Positions 44,408-57,344 of a stretch of 64,000 nt of DNA are shown here, piece by piece (the first letter of the stretch is position 1; the number at the start of each line of letters is the position of its first letter). The DNA is taken from NCBI RefSeq assembly GCF_018350175.1, contig NC_058382.1, positions 55,244,001-55,308,000 of the forward strand. Direction: 5' to 3'. The stretch is from Felis catus (taxonomy: Eukaryota). The translations under genes were made by a program, and so were the position numbers. The notes under the pieces were generated by a model. It was not told where the DNA came from and did no database searches. It saw only the letters and a program-made list of their open reading frames with translations.

Positions 44408-45800
44408 TGAAGATGTTTTAGTTGAGATGGTTGGTTTGGGATAGCATCGTTTTTGGTCTGTGCTGCTGGCTTTAGAAAGAACCAAAAAGCACGCCTCCTG
44501 GTTTGTATTAAATTGTTGCAAAACTGATTGGGTGGCTCGGACCGCTGACCATGCGGCTGTTACCATGGGGACAGCCTCCATTTGGCACAGAGACCAGGGA
44601 AGGTGGGAAGGCTGGGCCCCTTCACGGTCAGGCCTTTGTGCAAAGTTGGATTATTAGGCAATTGCCCATCTGGTAGTGTAGTTTGATTTCATTCCGAAAG
44701 GCTAGGGGCTTAGGGTGAGGGCAGCTCAGGCCCTCCCCCAGGCTCGCACTGCACTCTGGGGGGAAGAAAAAGGCCCTGAGCAGCTGTGAGCTCCGATCTC
44801 AGCTCTGCCTCTTCCTGAGGCCTAGAGAGTCCCCAGGAGACAGACTTCTTCCACTGCTACCACACTCCTTCGTGCTGCTTGAAGGGTCTTACTGGGTCTG
44901 CCTGTGACCACGCCAAGCTTAAGACCTAGGAAATGGAGTCCCATTACTGCCCCCCACCCCGGGAGGGGGTTCAGAGCTTCATGCTGCTCTGTAAAGGTGG
45001 CTATTCTTGTAGACAGTTTCTCTCCTCTCCTGCTGGACTTGATATGTAATGTTTGACAAATAGTCCCTCGTTCCATGTGGAATTCTCTTTCCCCCCTTCC
45101 TTGGTATTTCTGAGGCATGAGACAGAAGACCCTAGATCCTTCTGGAGTCCTCATGAGGTCACCGTTCCCCAAGGATCCCAAGGTTTCAAGGTTTCCAAAC
45201 TTGAAACATATCAGATATTCCCTCAGTTTCTACCTTTCTTAGCATCATAAATCGGATCATTTCCGGCGTGGCGCCCTTGCCCAGCTGGGCATATGGTTGG
45301 AAAATGCAGGTTCCTGGGCCCATCCCGGCGTGCTCCGGCTCCCCTGGGGTGGGGCCCCGAAGTTGCACATTCAGGCAGCTCCTCAGGTGGCACTTGGAAA
45401 GGACTGAGCATGGCTGCCTATCTTATCACCCAGGAAACAAATTCCTAAGCAAAGGAGTAGATCAAATCCCAACTTAGAAACCACGTCTTCATAGTTTCCT
45501 CTAAGTCCCTAGCATCTGATATTCGACGGCCCCTCTTGCTTAGCGAGCCCACACTGTAAACTACTTTAAACCCAGCAGTCAAGGTGCAATTTTGTAACGT
45601 GCCCTTTTACGTAAGGGTTAGGATGGACTTTTTACAGTAACCGTTTGCTTGTTCCTAACCCACCTCCCCCTGGACCCATCCTGCACAGACAGGGGTGTGA
45701 TGTCATGGAGAGAGGTCAGAGTTAGTGAACCTTCCCTTCCCAGCCAGGAAATAGTATCAAGTAATCTAGAAAATTCTATGACTTAGCCTGGAGGTTTAAA

Positions 45801-45991
45801 TTTTTTTTTTAATGTTTATTTATTTTTGAGACAGAGACAGAGCATGAACGGGGGAGGGTCAGAGAGAGAGGGAGACACAGAATCGGAAACAGGCTCCAGG
45901 CTCTGAGCCATCAGCCCAGAGCCCGACGCGGGGCTCGAACTCCTGGACCGCGAGATCGTGACCTGGCTGAAGTCGGACGCTTAACTGCCCC
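45801..45991 (-). mobile_element. Young feline Can-SINE with a deletion in its 5' head
   Basis: TSD agcctggag(g/a)tttaaa at 45785 and 45992; head reads ttaactgcccc. Confidence 0.94.
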
Positions 45992-47225
45992 AGCCTGGAG
46001 ATTTAAAACACAAAGAGCAGTATGTCAGGGATGATGAAAGAAGGGAGCCTTCCCCTGCTCCCATGTGGCGTCCAGTGACCCTTGGCACATTCATGTCCCA
46101 GGGAGGCATGAAGTGAACAATCCCTTTGTGCATAAGGCACTGGGGGCCTTCTGAACTCAGAAATAGACTCTGCCCGTTGTCATTAGGGATGCACTTAAGC
46201 TTTTGAGCCAGATGGAGCACAGGAAGGAAGGAAAACAGCGTTTATTGTGTTTTGTGCCTTAAACTCTTTAATCCTTGCAGCAGTCCCGTGAAAGAGGTTT
46301 TATCATCTCTGCTTCTTAAGCATGAGCACTTTAGGGCCCAGAGCTGTTCACTGACTTGCTCAAGGTCACACACCTATAGGACCAGAACTGGGATGCAGAC
46401 CCAGGAGTGACTTCCTTCCTCCTCTGCAGGCCTCCCCTTCTCCTAAGAAGCCAAAATTCTGAGCCTGCCTCAGATCATGTCTCCGGTTTCCTGTGTATCT
46501 ATGGCGACAGCCCAAGCTGACAAGGACAAAACAGAACCACACTGTTTCTTGGTGAAACTGGGCAACACTTTTCCACCCTAACCCCAAGATGCATGAAGGC
46601 TGCTCAGGAAATGAGACCTGGGCATTGAAAGGAGGTGGGGGGGGGGGGGCGTGGGCATAGGGCACGCCCTCTCCCAATCTGGAGGCACATGTACTCTAAG
46701 CAGAATGGTACCACCCGCTCATTGGAGTGCAGGGGCGACCCGATAGCCTTCCCCGTACCAGGAAGCCGTCAGCAGTCCAGGACGTTCTACCAGTCGATCA
46801 ACACCCAGACAGATTTCTTCCACATTGTCCACAGATCAGCTCTATTTCAGGCCCCACCCCAGCCCTCCAGTTAGAGTCTGCATTTAATAAGATTCCCATA
46901 ACATTAAAGCTGGAGGGGCTCTAGGCTGGACTGTAGGAATTCTGTGGGTAGCCAGGAAAAAAACAGACCAGGAAACCAACAACAACAACAAAAGAATCAC
47001 ATCACCTAGGAGGAGAGACTAGGTCAGAACACTTCACTACTCACGGAAAGCAACGTCCCCAAAATCCTGCAAGGAAAAGTGTCACCTGAGAGTTTTATAC
47101 TCAAACTGTCACTCAATTATAAAAAAAAAATGGATGCGTTCAAATATGTGCCGTTTGAGGATTATATGTCCCATGAGGTTTTTGAAAATGAGAGGACAAA
47201 TTAAGCCAACAAAAACCCTGATAGA

Positions 47226-47441
47226 GGGACGTGTGCGTGGCTCATTGGGCGTCTTCCTGCAGAGGAGGAAGTCAGGCGTCTGACTCTTGGTTTCGCCTCA
47301 GGTCAGGATCTCATGGTTTGTGAGTTCGAGCCCCACGTCAGGCTCCACCCTGACAGAGCTGAACCTGCTTGGGATTCTTTCTCTCTCCTCTGCTCCCTCT
47401 CCCTCTCAAAATAAATAAATAAGCTTAAAAAAATTGAAAAA
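47226..47441 (+). mobile_element. Can-SINE (older type)
   Basis: gagttcgagccccacgtcaggctcc; TSD ending ctgatag. Confidence 0.88.
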
Positions 47442-47798
47442 ACTGATAGGGAAGTTCAGTCAAAAGGAGGGGAGCACTGGACATTTAAAATTTACACACA
47501 GTGAAACGCACAAATTTTAAATCCTAAGAACACTGTAAACCAGTATCGAGCTCCAGTCCATGAGACACATGCGGACCCATTCAGGGGAAGTATACAGTTG
47601 TATATATATTTCCAAGTAAGATGATACCTGTGCGCCTGATGGAGGGATGGCTAAGTGTGATAAAACAAAAAGAGTAAAAGGTTAACGGGAGGATGTAGGT
47701 GATGGGTGTACAAGTGGCCCTTGTAATAGGATTTTAGCTTTGCTGTAACCAAGTCTCCCTCTGTGCAAGAATTATGGTTACAAAATGCAACACAAGTA

Positions 47799-48311
47799 CA
47801 GTTGAACAACATGGGGGTGGGGGACGTCGTTCTGTCAAGCAGTCAAAACTCCACATATGACCTTTGACCCCCCAAACCTAACTACTAATAGCCTATTGCT
47901 GACTGGAAGCCTTACTGATAACAAAGTCAACACATACTTTGTATTTTACACTGTATTCTTAAGGTAGAGAAAAGACCCCGTTAAGAAAGTTACAAGAGGG
48001 GAGCATGGGTGGCTTAGTCGGGTAAGCGTCGGACTTTGGCTCAGGTCACAATCTCACCACTTGTGAGTTCAAGCCCCGCATCGGGCTCTGTGCGGACGGC
48101 TCAGAGCCTGGAGCCTCTTGAGGTTTTTTATCTTTGTCTCTCTCTCGGCCCCTCTCCCGCTCATACTCTGTCTCTCTCTCAAAAACAAACATTAAAAAAA
48201 ATTTTAAAAAAAGTTATAAGAAAATACATTTACAGTACTGTACATCTTGAAAAAAACCTGCATATAAGTGGACCCTTGCAGCTCGAACCCACGTTGTTCA
48301 GGGGTCAGCTG
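47799..48311. mobile_element. Tigger2-like non-autonomous element interrupted by a Can-SINE (47998-48205, +)
   Basis: TA-flanked ends ta|cagttgaacaac ... gttgttcaggggtcagctg|ta; SINE TSD aa(g/a)aaagtta(c/t)aaga. Confidence 0.75.
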
Positions 48312-48742
48312 TATTATTTAGACGCTTGTCCTGTAAAGATAAAATTAGGGGGACGAAGGAGAGGGAAGGTATAGGCTTGCATGACCTCATCAACAGTGGG
48401 AAGCGAGAGAGAGAGAGAGAGAGAGAGAGCGAGGAATCCTATGGTACCTTTAAACATTCTCCAAGACAAATAATAATAATCACACACGCCAAAAACCTGA
48501 ATGGTGGAAGAGGAAGAAGAGGGAGTGCCCCAATGTAGGCATTGCTTGTCCTGGAGAATCGGGTAGAGTGCAAATAAAAGCTTTGCAGGCAAACCAGGAC
48601 CACATTGTGAACCTCCAAGGTAGTGTAAATGCAAACTGTAACGTTCGGAACTGCTTAGGTTAGGGTATGCTCAGTAGTGATTTTAAAGCAACTCAAGACC
48701 ATAGACTATGTCGGGAAGATACCGTTCAGAGTGGTTTCTTCC

Positions 48743-48866
48743 GGGGGCAGCTGGGTGGCTCAGTTGGTTAAGTGTCTGACTCGATCCCAGCTCAGGTCTT
48801 GATCTTAGGGTTGAGTTCAAGCCCCACGTTGGGCTCCACATGGGGCATGAAACCTACTTAAAAAAG
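48743..48866 (+). mobile_element. Short Can-SINE
   Basis: ggggcagctgggtggctcagttgg...aacctacttaaaaaa. Confidence 0.85.
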
Positions 48867-49590
48867 TGCGCCTTCTAGAATAAGGGGTTATGAGGGGGGT
48901 AGGAACGAGAGTTTAATTTTTAGTATGTATTTGTTCTTACTAAAACAAGCCAACAGATCAGCCTTTGAGATGTGTTGTCTTTTTTTTTTTTTTTGAGATG
49001 TGTTGTCTTAAACATTACCTAATGGGGGAAAACGTCAGCTCTACCTCAACCATCCCCTAAATAATAAGAAACATTTAAATGACCGTCCTAATTATAAATA
49101 GAGAAAGGCTTTCAGAGGATCAATACTGCTCTGGATCGCCAAGGGACAGATTTCCTGCTATTGGAAATCTTTAAAGATAAAACACTGCCCCCTCCCCCTC
49201 CTAGCAGCAGACATGAAGGGAACGGTTGTGAAGGAAGCTTTACTCCTTTGAGTCTTTTGGCCTCAGGAGTGTTCAAGAACGTGAAGCATCGCTGCACTCA
49301 CTCTACATTCAGTGTGTGATGTTCTGGAGGGTTTGATTTCTCTTGAGTGATTCATTTCCATTTCTGCATGAATCTTTAACCCCCTTCTCTGTGCGGGCCT
49401 GTCCGTGAGGGCTGCGTTCCAGAGCCCATGTCCCTAACCATCAGGGTGGGACCTCTGGTTTCCATAAAGTCAGCCCCCAGCTTGGGACACTCCCCTGTCT
49501 GCTCCTTGGACACCCTAGCCCTGGCTACGCCCGAGAACGCCAAGGTCTGATATCAGTGGCCTCCCTTTGCATGATCTTTCTGTTCCGCAG

Positions 49591-49679
49591 GATTCAGATC
49601 TGTTCCTCTGAAGAACGGGTACAGTGAAGATATCGAGCTGGCTTCCCTCCTGGTGTTCTGTGAGATGCAGCCAGTCCTG
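49591..49679 (+). CDS. PLCG2: PLCG2 exon 31, [29 protein letters not shown] (end of C2)
   Basis: cag| acceptor, |gtgagt donor, 89 nt. Confidence 0.96.
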
Positions 49680-51506
49680 GTGAGTGAACACCGGGTGGGG
49701 TGGAAATGGCCTGTGCGTACGGCTGGCAGATAGACTTAAACCCGTTGGGCGTTATCCAGCCAGACACGCCCATCACACAAGAATCCCGCAGCCACCCCAG
49801 GTTTTTCCTTCCAGCAACCTTCCCTCTTGGAGAATGCAGTACGGTTCTTTGAGTAGGTCTTGGAGTTGGAAAGGGTGAAGCTCGTTGGAAGTTCCTTATA
49901 GTTATGTTTCAGCCACTAGAGTCAGGCAAGACAATGTTCTTCTAGAGAAGCTCATCCTTTCTGGGGGCCTTTCCCCACCTGTTGGGTCCTTGGGAGTCCC
50001 TTCAGAAGGTCTGACAGCATCCACCGAGGCCTTGTCGTGGCCAGTGCTGGGGAGAGGAGTTCACAGTGATAGGCACTACTTTTGTCATTCTCTTTGCTGC
50101 TGGAGGAGCCTGCCTTCCTGGTCCTTTTGCCAAGACCTTGAAGATCCTTAGCCTCTCCTTTGATGAACCAGTTTAGGGAGGTTTGGCGGGAAGGGCTTGG
50201 CCTCACCAGATGCAGCACCAGCGTGTGATAGTTTATGTCTCCCTCGATGGTTAGAGAATATCTGGATGTGTGATTTTGGAGCTTTAAAATCGTCTTGACA
50301 GCCTCTCCCATAGAAAGAAAGCCAGTTGGCATGTGTTTTTGCGAGAACCCACGATGTGGCCAACCCAATCTCACAAGATCTTTCCCTCTCCCTACCACAA
50401 AACCCAGCATGAACGGGTTGAGTGTGTGGTCACCCCACTCCTCTTCGGGTAGCCTAGAACAACCCTGGTTCTGGACCCCAGCAGGCTGACGTGGGCTTGG
50501 TCATCGCCCCAGGATTTTCATCTTGATTTCTCATCCTGGTTGTTCTCTGGGTACAGAAATCACAGCCTCTAATCTGTTGTTCTGGAAGTTGCTTATTAGG
50601 CAACTTCCAGAATAAAGCTGAGAACCATCCAATGGGGAAGGGAGGATGGCAGGGGTGGAGATGCCTTTTAACAGCTGTAGCCATAGTCCATGCAGTAAAA
50701 ATTCATGAATGCGACTCAGAGGAGAGAACGTTAGGCTTTTCTGCATAGCTGTCTGCCTTAACATTCAGTTTCTGCAACCTTGATAGTTTTCCACTTCAGA
50801 GCATTTTATAAACATGGAAATGGAACAGGATGCAAACATAAGGAAAGACAGACAGGAAGCACTAAAAGCAGGAAGCGGACACTTAACAGGCACAGTAGTT
50901 GGGGGCCAGAGAACCTCCCTGACAGCCAAAGACATCACTTGCGTTGGTGTAAAATAAACTCAGGCCGACAGAATTGTGCCTGGAAAGGGTAAGGCGATGG
51001 ATGGTGCCAAGTTTCCCATTTTCAAACAAAGTTTAAATGGCAGTGCTTCAGACTCTGTCAAAGTAAACATTGACACGAACTGTCGTTTTCACTTGACCCT
51101 TCAGTTATGGATCAGAAAATCACCTTTCATGATTGTTATTGCGATTGCAAGGCTGGGTACCGAAAGGGCACCTGAGTCGGTCGTCAGGTCCTTGTTGAGA
51201 ATACCCAAGACTTAATTAAATGGCTCTTCTTTTAGAATGAATTACGCATTTGTCAATTTATCACCAATAAGACTGAGTTCTTTAAGTCCATTAAAAGACC
51301 TCAGCCAGAATACGTGATTTTGTTTACCTAAACACACACAGAGCCGAGCCCAGATTGTGGAAACTGTAGTTTTATAATCTGGGGGAAGAGGAGTAGATAA
51401 TGTTGGCATTTGGTCTGTTTGACTCCTTCACTTCCTAGGTCAATGCCGCCTTTATGTAAATGATACTACTACACATCCGTGCGTCCATGTGTATTTCTTT
51501 TTTGAA

Positions 51507-51648
51507 GCAGGTTTCTTAACTTTGGGGCCAGAGGTTTGTGGAGGAAATTGTCCTCTGCATTTAGAAAGTTCAGCAGCATCCCTGCCCCTTGTGTAACCAC
51601 CCAACATGTCCCCGGATTGGCAAAACTGTCCTTGTTGAGAACGGCTCT
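51507..51648. mobile_element. MER20-like fragment
   Basis: tgtcctctgcatttagaaagttcagcagcatccctg...gttgagaac. Confidence 0.5.
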
Positions 51649-53989
51649 AAGCGAAATTCTAAACACTTTTCATACTATTACCTAATCTTTAACAGCATTT
51701 TTCCACTGAGTGGATGGACCATAGATTACCAAATTGGTCGTTTACATGGAGTCCACTTGCAAGTAAGGCTTTCATGAAATTCTTTATGTGCCTATACTTT
51801 TCCTCCTTTAATTCAGAGTTATTTTCTTAGGACTTATTGCCAGATACGGGATCAGTTTATTGAAGCAGGATGGTAGAAATATAAAACCTGGAATAAATAA
51901 GCATGAAGACCCCTGGCTCAGTCAGGCTTACCTTCCCCAGCCCACAGAAGGATCTGGGATTCTGTTGCCTGGGGAACGGGAACCCATGTGCATAAAAGGC
52001 CATCTGCAGGCATTTCATGGACACACGACGCGATAAACTGGGTTTCAGATGATGGTAGGGCCACGTTGGTCTAGACCATGCTCCGCAAAGCTGTTGTAAA
52101 CAACTTGGAAACATTGTAAATAATTTGGTAATACCAACAGCAGAGAAACTTAGTACATTTAAAAGAAAATGCCCTCCTCTAGATTTACTTTCTCTATGGG
52201 GCAAGCCTCCCACGTGGGTGCTGTTAGGGATGCAGCGGGGAGCGAGGGCATCGTGTGGGGCACCAAGGGGAACGTTAACTTGCAGAGATCTGCTCTCTGA
52301 AGGAGTTTTGGCAGAGAAGTTGTCAGAGTATGTGCAAACCTCATTTTAGCTGCTGGTTTTTTGAGCTTTTATTGAATTCCACATCTGTCACCTGGTTCTG
52401 AGGCGCTCACAGGTGCCATTCGGTGATGCGGAATCACACGGTGACGAGGAGTCTCTGGCGAGCTGAGCTGGGTTGTTTGGTAGACCTGGGCTTTCTCGTT
52501 GTTCAAGGTCAAACCTTGTTCTATTTATCACCGTATCCTCTGTCCTGCCAGGGAGAGACTCTGGTAAATAGCTTTGCAGAAGACTTCTCTGAGCCAGTGA
52601 TTGATCCGGTGAGGGCTTGATGGAGTTTAAAGCTCGAGAAAATAGTCGGTGAGCACTTGAAGCTTCTTCTGAAGAAGCCATTTACACATCACAATTGCTT
52701 GATCAATCCTCAGTCCTTTGCCCTGTTAGCTATATATATGGTTTATAAGATGTGTTTTCAACACTATTTTATTACACTTGAAAAGTAGTAAAACAAAGGA
52801 AGGGAGGTTGGAAAAATTCCATTAAGCAACCTGTCCATAACCACAGGTAGCATTTTGGCAGATTTGATACAGACATCGTTGGATTCATGTAATACGCATG
52901 AACACGTGCCCTTTATCGACTTCACAGGAGCATTTTTCAATGTTGTTAGGATTTTCAAAGCCATTAATGCCTGTTTGATCAGGTATGGGTTTCTCATTCG
53001 CTTAGCCATTCTCCCACTGATGGACAATGAGGTGGTTTGCAGCTTTTTACGTTATAAATAATGAAGGTCTTCATATAACCTTTTTTGATTACCAATTATT
53101 TCCTGGGGCTAGACATTTAATAATGGAATACTAGATCAGAAAGGGGAAAAAAACCACATTTTGGATGCATGTTGAATTGTTCTCTCAAAGTAGTTTCTTT
53201 TCAGTTGATGTATCCTAGCCATTGTGCCACTAACTGAGAAGGGCTTCCACTCAAATGATTTAAACTCGTGAGATTCCGAATAGGACGGGACAAAGTATGA
53301 AAGCTTGAGTATTCCTCCTAGTCGCCATCGGTGGGCAGGCTGGCAGGACCTGGGGTCTCTGATTACTGATCCTGGGGTGGATGGGGCTGGGTAGGGGTGC
53401 AGGTGTTGGGCTGGAACGACCAGGAGGCCATGGTTCCCAGCGAGGGCTCGGCAGGAAGAGAGGTGTGAATCTCTATGCGGAAGAGCTCAGCACACACGCA
53501 AGAGACCCCGGACGGGGAGCTGCACCCTGCAGCTAAGCCAGTCACGGTGTCTGAGGATGGGCAAGATTTCCTTACACTTGGGAAGGCCCTCCTTGGGCCT
53601 CAACAGCTAACGTGTGCCAGTCTGACCCCAAAGAGCAGAGACTTCTGTGCCTATCAGGAAGGCCCAACAGCTGGATGCGATTTGAACGACAAAACCATGA
53701 GTGTGAAGTGAAAAAGACAAAGCCACTGCCCGGCAGTAAGAGGAAGACGGACCCAGGTGGACACATGGTACAGGTGGCTGGCAGTTCAAGTAGAGCCATC
53801 GGAAGTATCCAAAGAGGAGCCCAACGTCCGAGTCCTAAGAGCGTTCGAGGATATCTAAATAGAGCGCTGAAAAAGACTTCCTGGAATTTGAATAAAACCT
53901 CATTTCCTGAATTTAGATATTCAGCATATAACAGAGATCTGTGTTAGTGACCGGAGATATAACACGGAGGAAATGTCTCACAATCCAAG

Positions 53990-54160
53990 TGTGCCTGGGG
54001 GGCTCAGTCGGTTGACCGTCCGACTCTTGATTTCAGCTCAGGTTATGATCCCAGGGTTGTGGGATCGAGCCCTGCCTCAGGCCCCATGCTGAGCTCCTGC
54101 ATAAAATTCTCTCTCCCCTGCTCACACGGTCTCAAAAACAAAAAAACAATTTAAAGAAAA
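53990..54160 (+). mobile_element. Can-SINE (older type)
   Basis: tRNA-like head, gggatcgagccc, A-rich tail. Confidence 0.85.
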
Positions 54161-54388
54161 GTCTCGCAATCCAGAACAATGCCACCATGACAGCCTCAGA
54201 GAACGGACGCAAAACACCTACAGGCAAGCATGTCCCCATGAACAAAGGGGAACAGATGGGTAGGGAGCCATCAATGAAAGTGAACAGATGGAACTTTCTC
54301 TTTGCTGCTTGAGAAGGTTTCCTTGATTCCCAAAGGGACAAATCGAAAGCACACTGTGCTGGGTTCTAGCACAGGCACACCTTGTTTT

Positions 54389-54627
54389 TTTTGTTTTTTT
54401 TGTTTTTTTTTTTTAATTTTTTTTTTCAACGTTTATTTATTTTTGGGACAGAGAGACAGAGCATGAACGGGGGAGGGGCAGAGAGAGAGGGAGACACAGA
54501 ATCGGAAACAGGCTCCAGGCTCTGAGCCATCAACCCAGAGCCCGACGCGGGGCTCGAACTCACGGACCGCGAGATCATGACCTGGCTGAAGTCGGACGCT
54601 TAACCGACTGCGCCACCCAGGCGCCCC
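54389..54627 (-). mobile_element. Young feline Can-SINE
   Basis: 17-bp TSD caggcacaccttgtttt at 54372 and 54631. Confidence 0.96.
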
Positions 54628-54630
54628 TGG

Positions 54631-55326
54631 CAGGCACACCTTGTTTTATTGTGCTTTGCAGATACTGCATTTTTGTTTTTTTTTAACCAATCGAAGGTTT
54701 GTGGCAACCCTGTGTCAGGCAAGGCTAGTGGCACCATTTTCCCAAAAGGCATTTGCTCACTTCCTGTCTCTGCCACGTTTTGGTTCATATTTCAAACTTC
54801 TTTGATGGATGTTACTATTTTAGTTGTTTCGGAGCCGCCTGAACCACACGCTTAGAAGGACGGCAAGGTTGTGTGCGTCCTTGTGTCTCAGGGAGAGAGA
54901 CAGAAGGTGGCCGACAGGTGGAGTAACACTGCAATCAAGCCAGCTGATGACCTTACAGTGGCCTCCACGTGATCCAGTGAAAGAAGAGTCCGTCAGTGCA
55001 GCAGACTTCATCGCTGTCTTCAGAAACTGCCCCAGCCACCCCGACTCTCAGCCACCACCACCCCTCTCGGCCAGCAGCTGCCGGCATCCGGGCAAGACCC
55101 TCCACCAGCCAGAAGACTGTGAGTCACTGAAATCTCAGATAATTTAAAAATTTTGTTGCCAAAAAACCCCATTAAGATACATACGCGTTATCACACCCTT
55201 AATAGACTACAAGCGTAACTTTTATACGTACCGGGAAACCAAAAAAATAATGTGATTTGCTTTAGTGCAATATCTGCTTCATTGTGGTGGCCTGGAGCCA
55301 CACCCATGATATCCGAAGTTTGCCTA
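54631..55326 (+). mobile_element. Tigger1 internal-deletion derivative
   Basis: Left end caggcacaccttgttttattgtgc...gaaggtttgtggcaaccctg; internal ggcaagaccctccaccagc; right end attgtggtggcctgga...tttgcct. Confidence 0.85.
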
Positions 55327-55722
55327 TAAAATGTGTGAATTCCAAGGAAGAATAAAAAGACTTCCCAACATACCAAGTTATCTACTAAGAAAATCAAATA
55401 AAGCTAACATCAGACTTGTCTTCGGCACTAGGAGGACTGAAGAACTCAGCAAACGGCCACCAGCATGTCAAGGCAACAGAAATGTATTTGTGGATATGCA
55501 AGGTCTTAGAAACCTCAGGAGAGCACCTGAATCGATGTTCTAGATAGATAGATGAAGAAAAGGAATTAATTCTGCAACACAGATACACTTTAGAGTGTAA
55601 GTCTCTTTAAGTACCAGGGTCCCTGAGTCAAATAACACTATGAAAAATTTTGTGCCAGTCTGGAATTGAAAATAATAAACATATGAAAACCCTGGAGCTG
55701 AGAGTTAAAATCAAGGTGTCCT

Positions 55723-55932
55723 GGGGAGTCTGGGTGGCTCAGTCAGTTGAGCGTCCGACTTCGGCTCAAGTCATGATCTCACGGTTCGTGAGTTCGAGCC
55801 CCACAGCCTCTGTGCTGACAGCTTGGACCCTGCTTCGGATTCTGTGTCTCCTCTCTCTGCCCCTCTACTGCTCACACTCTCTCTCTCTCTCAAAAATAAG
55901 CAAACATTAAAACAAAACCAAAAAAAAAAAAA
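55723..55932 (+). mobile_element. Can-SINE
   Basis: Complete element; TSD aagg(t/g)gtcct. Confidence 0.92.
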
Positions 55933-56331
55933 GGGGTCCTGAAAAGTTTTGACTTTGATGCCTGGGGGGGTTCAGTAGGCACATAAAACATCTTGTAAGA
56001 GGGGCGTTCAATTTTTTTTTACCTTGAAATATCAGAATTAAGTTTAATTAGGATTAGAAAAATGAAACAGAAACGTGACCAAGAGTAAAAATGTATAGGA
56101 TTCAAAAGGGAAGGGTAGAACATATTTGATTCAGTGAATGGGCTCAATCCTCCTATTATAAAAGAAAAAAAAATCTAACTGCTTGTCTACAGGAAATAAG
56201 CCTACAACCAACAGGGTATTGCATGAGGAAAGAAGGGTTACCCAAAAATTACCCCCCCCCCAGGAATGGAAGAGTTACTGCAAGAAATAATTAATCTCAC
56301 AGTACAATTTACAATCAAAAGTGCCAAAGAT

Positions 56332-56362
56332 GTGCTTGCTGGGGCAGCACATACACAGAAGT
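56332..56362 (+). pseudogene. Probable 3'-truncated U6 snRNA retrofragment
   Basis: GTGCTTGCTGGGGCAGCACATACACAGAAGT vs U6 5' end GTGCTCGCTTCGGCAGCACATATACTAAAAT (24/31 identical, from nucleotide 1). Confidence 0.6.
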
Positions 56363-57171
56363 ATCAACGAGCATTAAGAGCAGCGGTGTGGAATGATAGT
56401 TGGTTTACAACTGGACGGGAGAGTCCTCGGGGTTTAATTAGGAAACGGGGACAGTACCTCCACATATCAACCAAAGGCTCCTACACAGATTACTTGATTA
56501 AAACAAAAAATCAAGGACAGATGATCAAGCTAATCCCAACCAGCTTGATTTCAGAGATACACGACTCTGTCCTGCTGCAGCAGGTAACAGACACTGTTTA
56601 TCCTTCTGTTTCTCAGAAGCTTTGCAAACTTGATTTCATACCTGGTCACAAAGAAAGAACGAGTTCATGAGTTGGTGAGAACAGCAGTAAACTATTTATG
56701 CTGTAACTATATTTTGAAAAGGAACACGCTTGCCCTCAAACCACAGGGAAGCCTGAAAATGCATGCACTGTTCGTCTCAAAAAAGTTTTGAGTACCAGTA
56801 AAATAGGAACAAAATAAAGATAAAAGCCAACTGAGCAAAATATAAAAGAAGAAAAAACAGATGTTGATTCACTGAAGACATCAAGGACATAAACTCCTGG
56901 CCTGCTTAATAAAGGAGGGAAGTAAGAACAAAGACAATACCAGAGAAAATACTGAAAGGGAGAATGACCCCCCCCCCAAACTGAGAAGATACATTTGTAG
57001 ACTAGAGCAAATGGGTGACTGCCTTGAAGAATGTAAACAGCCTAAAATTGTTTCAAGAAGCAATACAATATTCACAAAGTCCCAGAGCACTGAAACAGCT
57101 CTCAGGTAAAACAGGAGTTACATTCAGATGGTTTTAAAGCCAAGTTCTACATGAATTTCAAGACCATAATT

Positions 57172-57344
57172 CTTTTTTTAAATTTTCTAAAAATACTTAT
57201 TTTTGAGGAAGAGAGCACGAGCTGGGGAGGGACAGAGAGAGAATCCCAGGCAGGCTCTGCACTGTCAGCACAGAGCCTGATGTGGGGGTCAAGCTCACAA
57301 ATCAAGAGTCGGAAGCTTAACTGGCCGAGCTACCCAGGTGTCCC
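57172..57344 (-). mobile_element. Can-SINE with internal deletion
   Basis: gagaatcccaggcaggctctgcactgtcagc...ctacccaggtgtccc. Confidence 0.87.

Noticed and set aside
52388..52681. Minus-strand 97-aa ORF with a downstream AATAAA
   Set aside because: No recognisable homology, overlaps an L2-like fragment, no poly(A) tail or TSD.
56266..56670. 134-aa ATG-initiated ORF
   Set aside because: Spans a U6-like fragment and decayed L1-like sequence; no identifiable protein.
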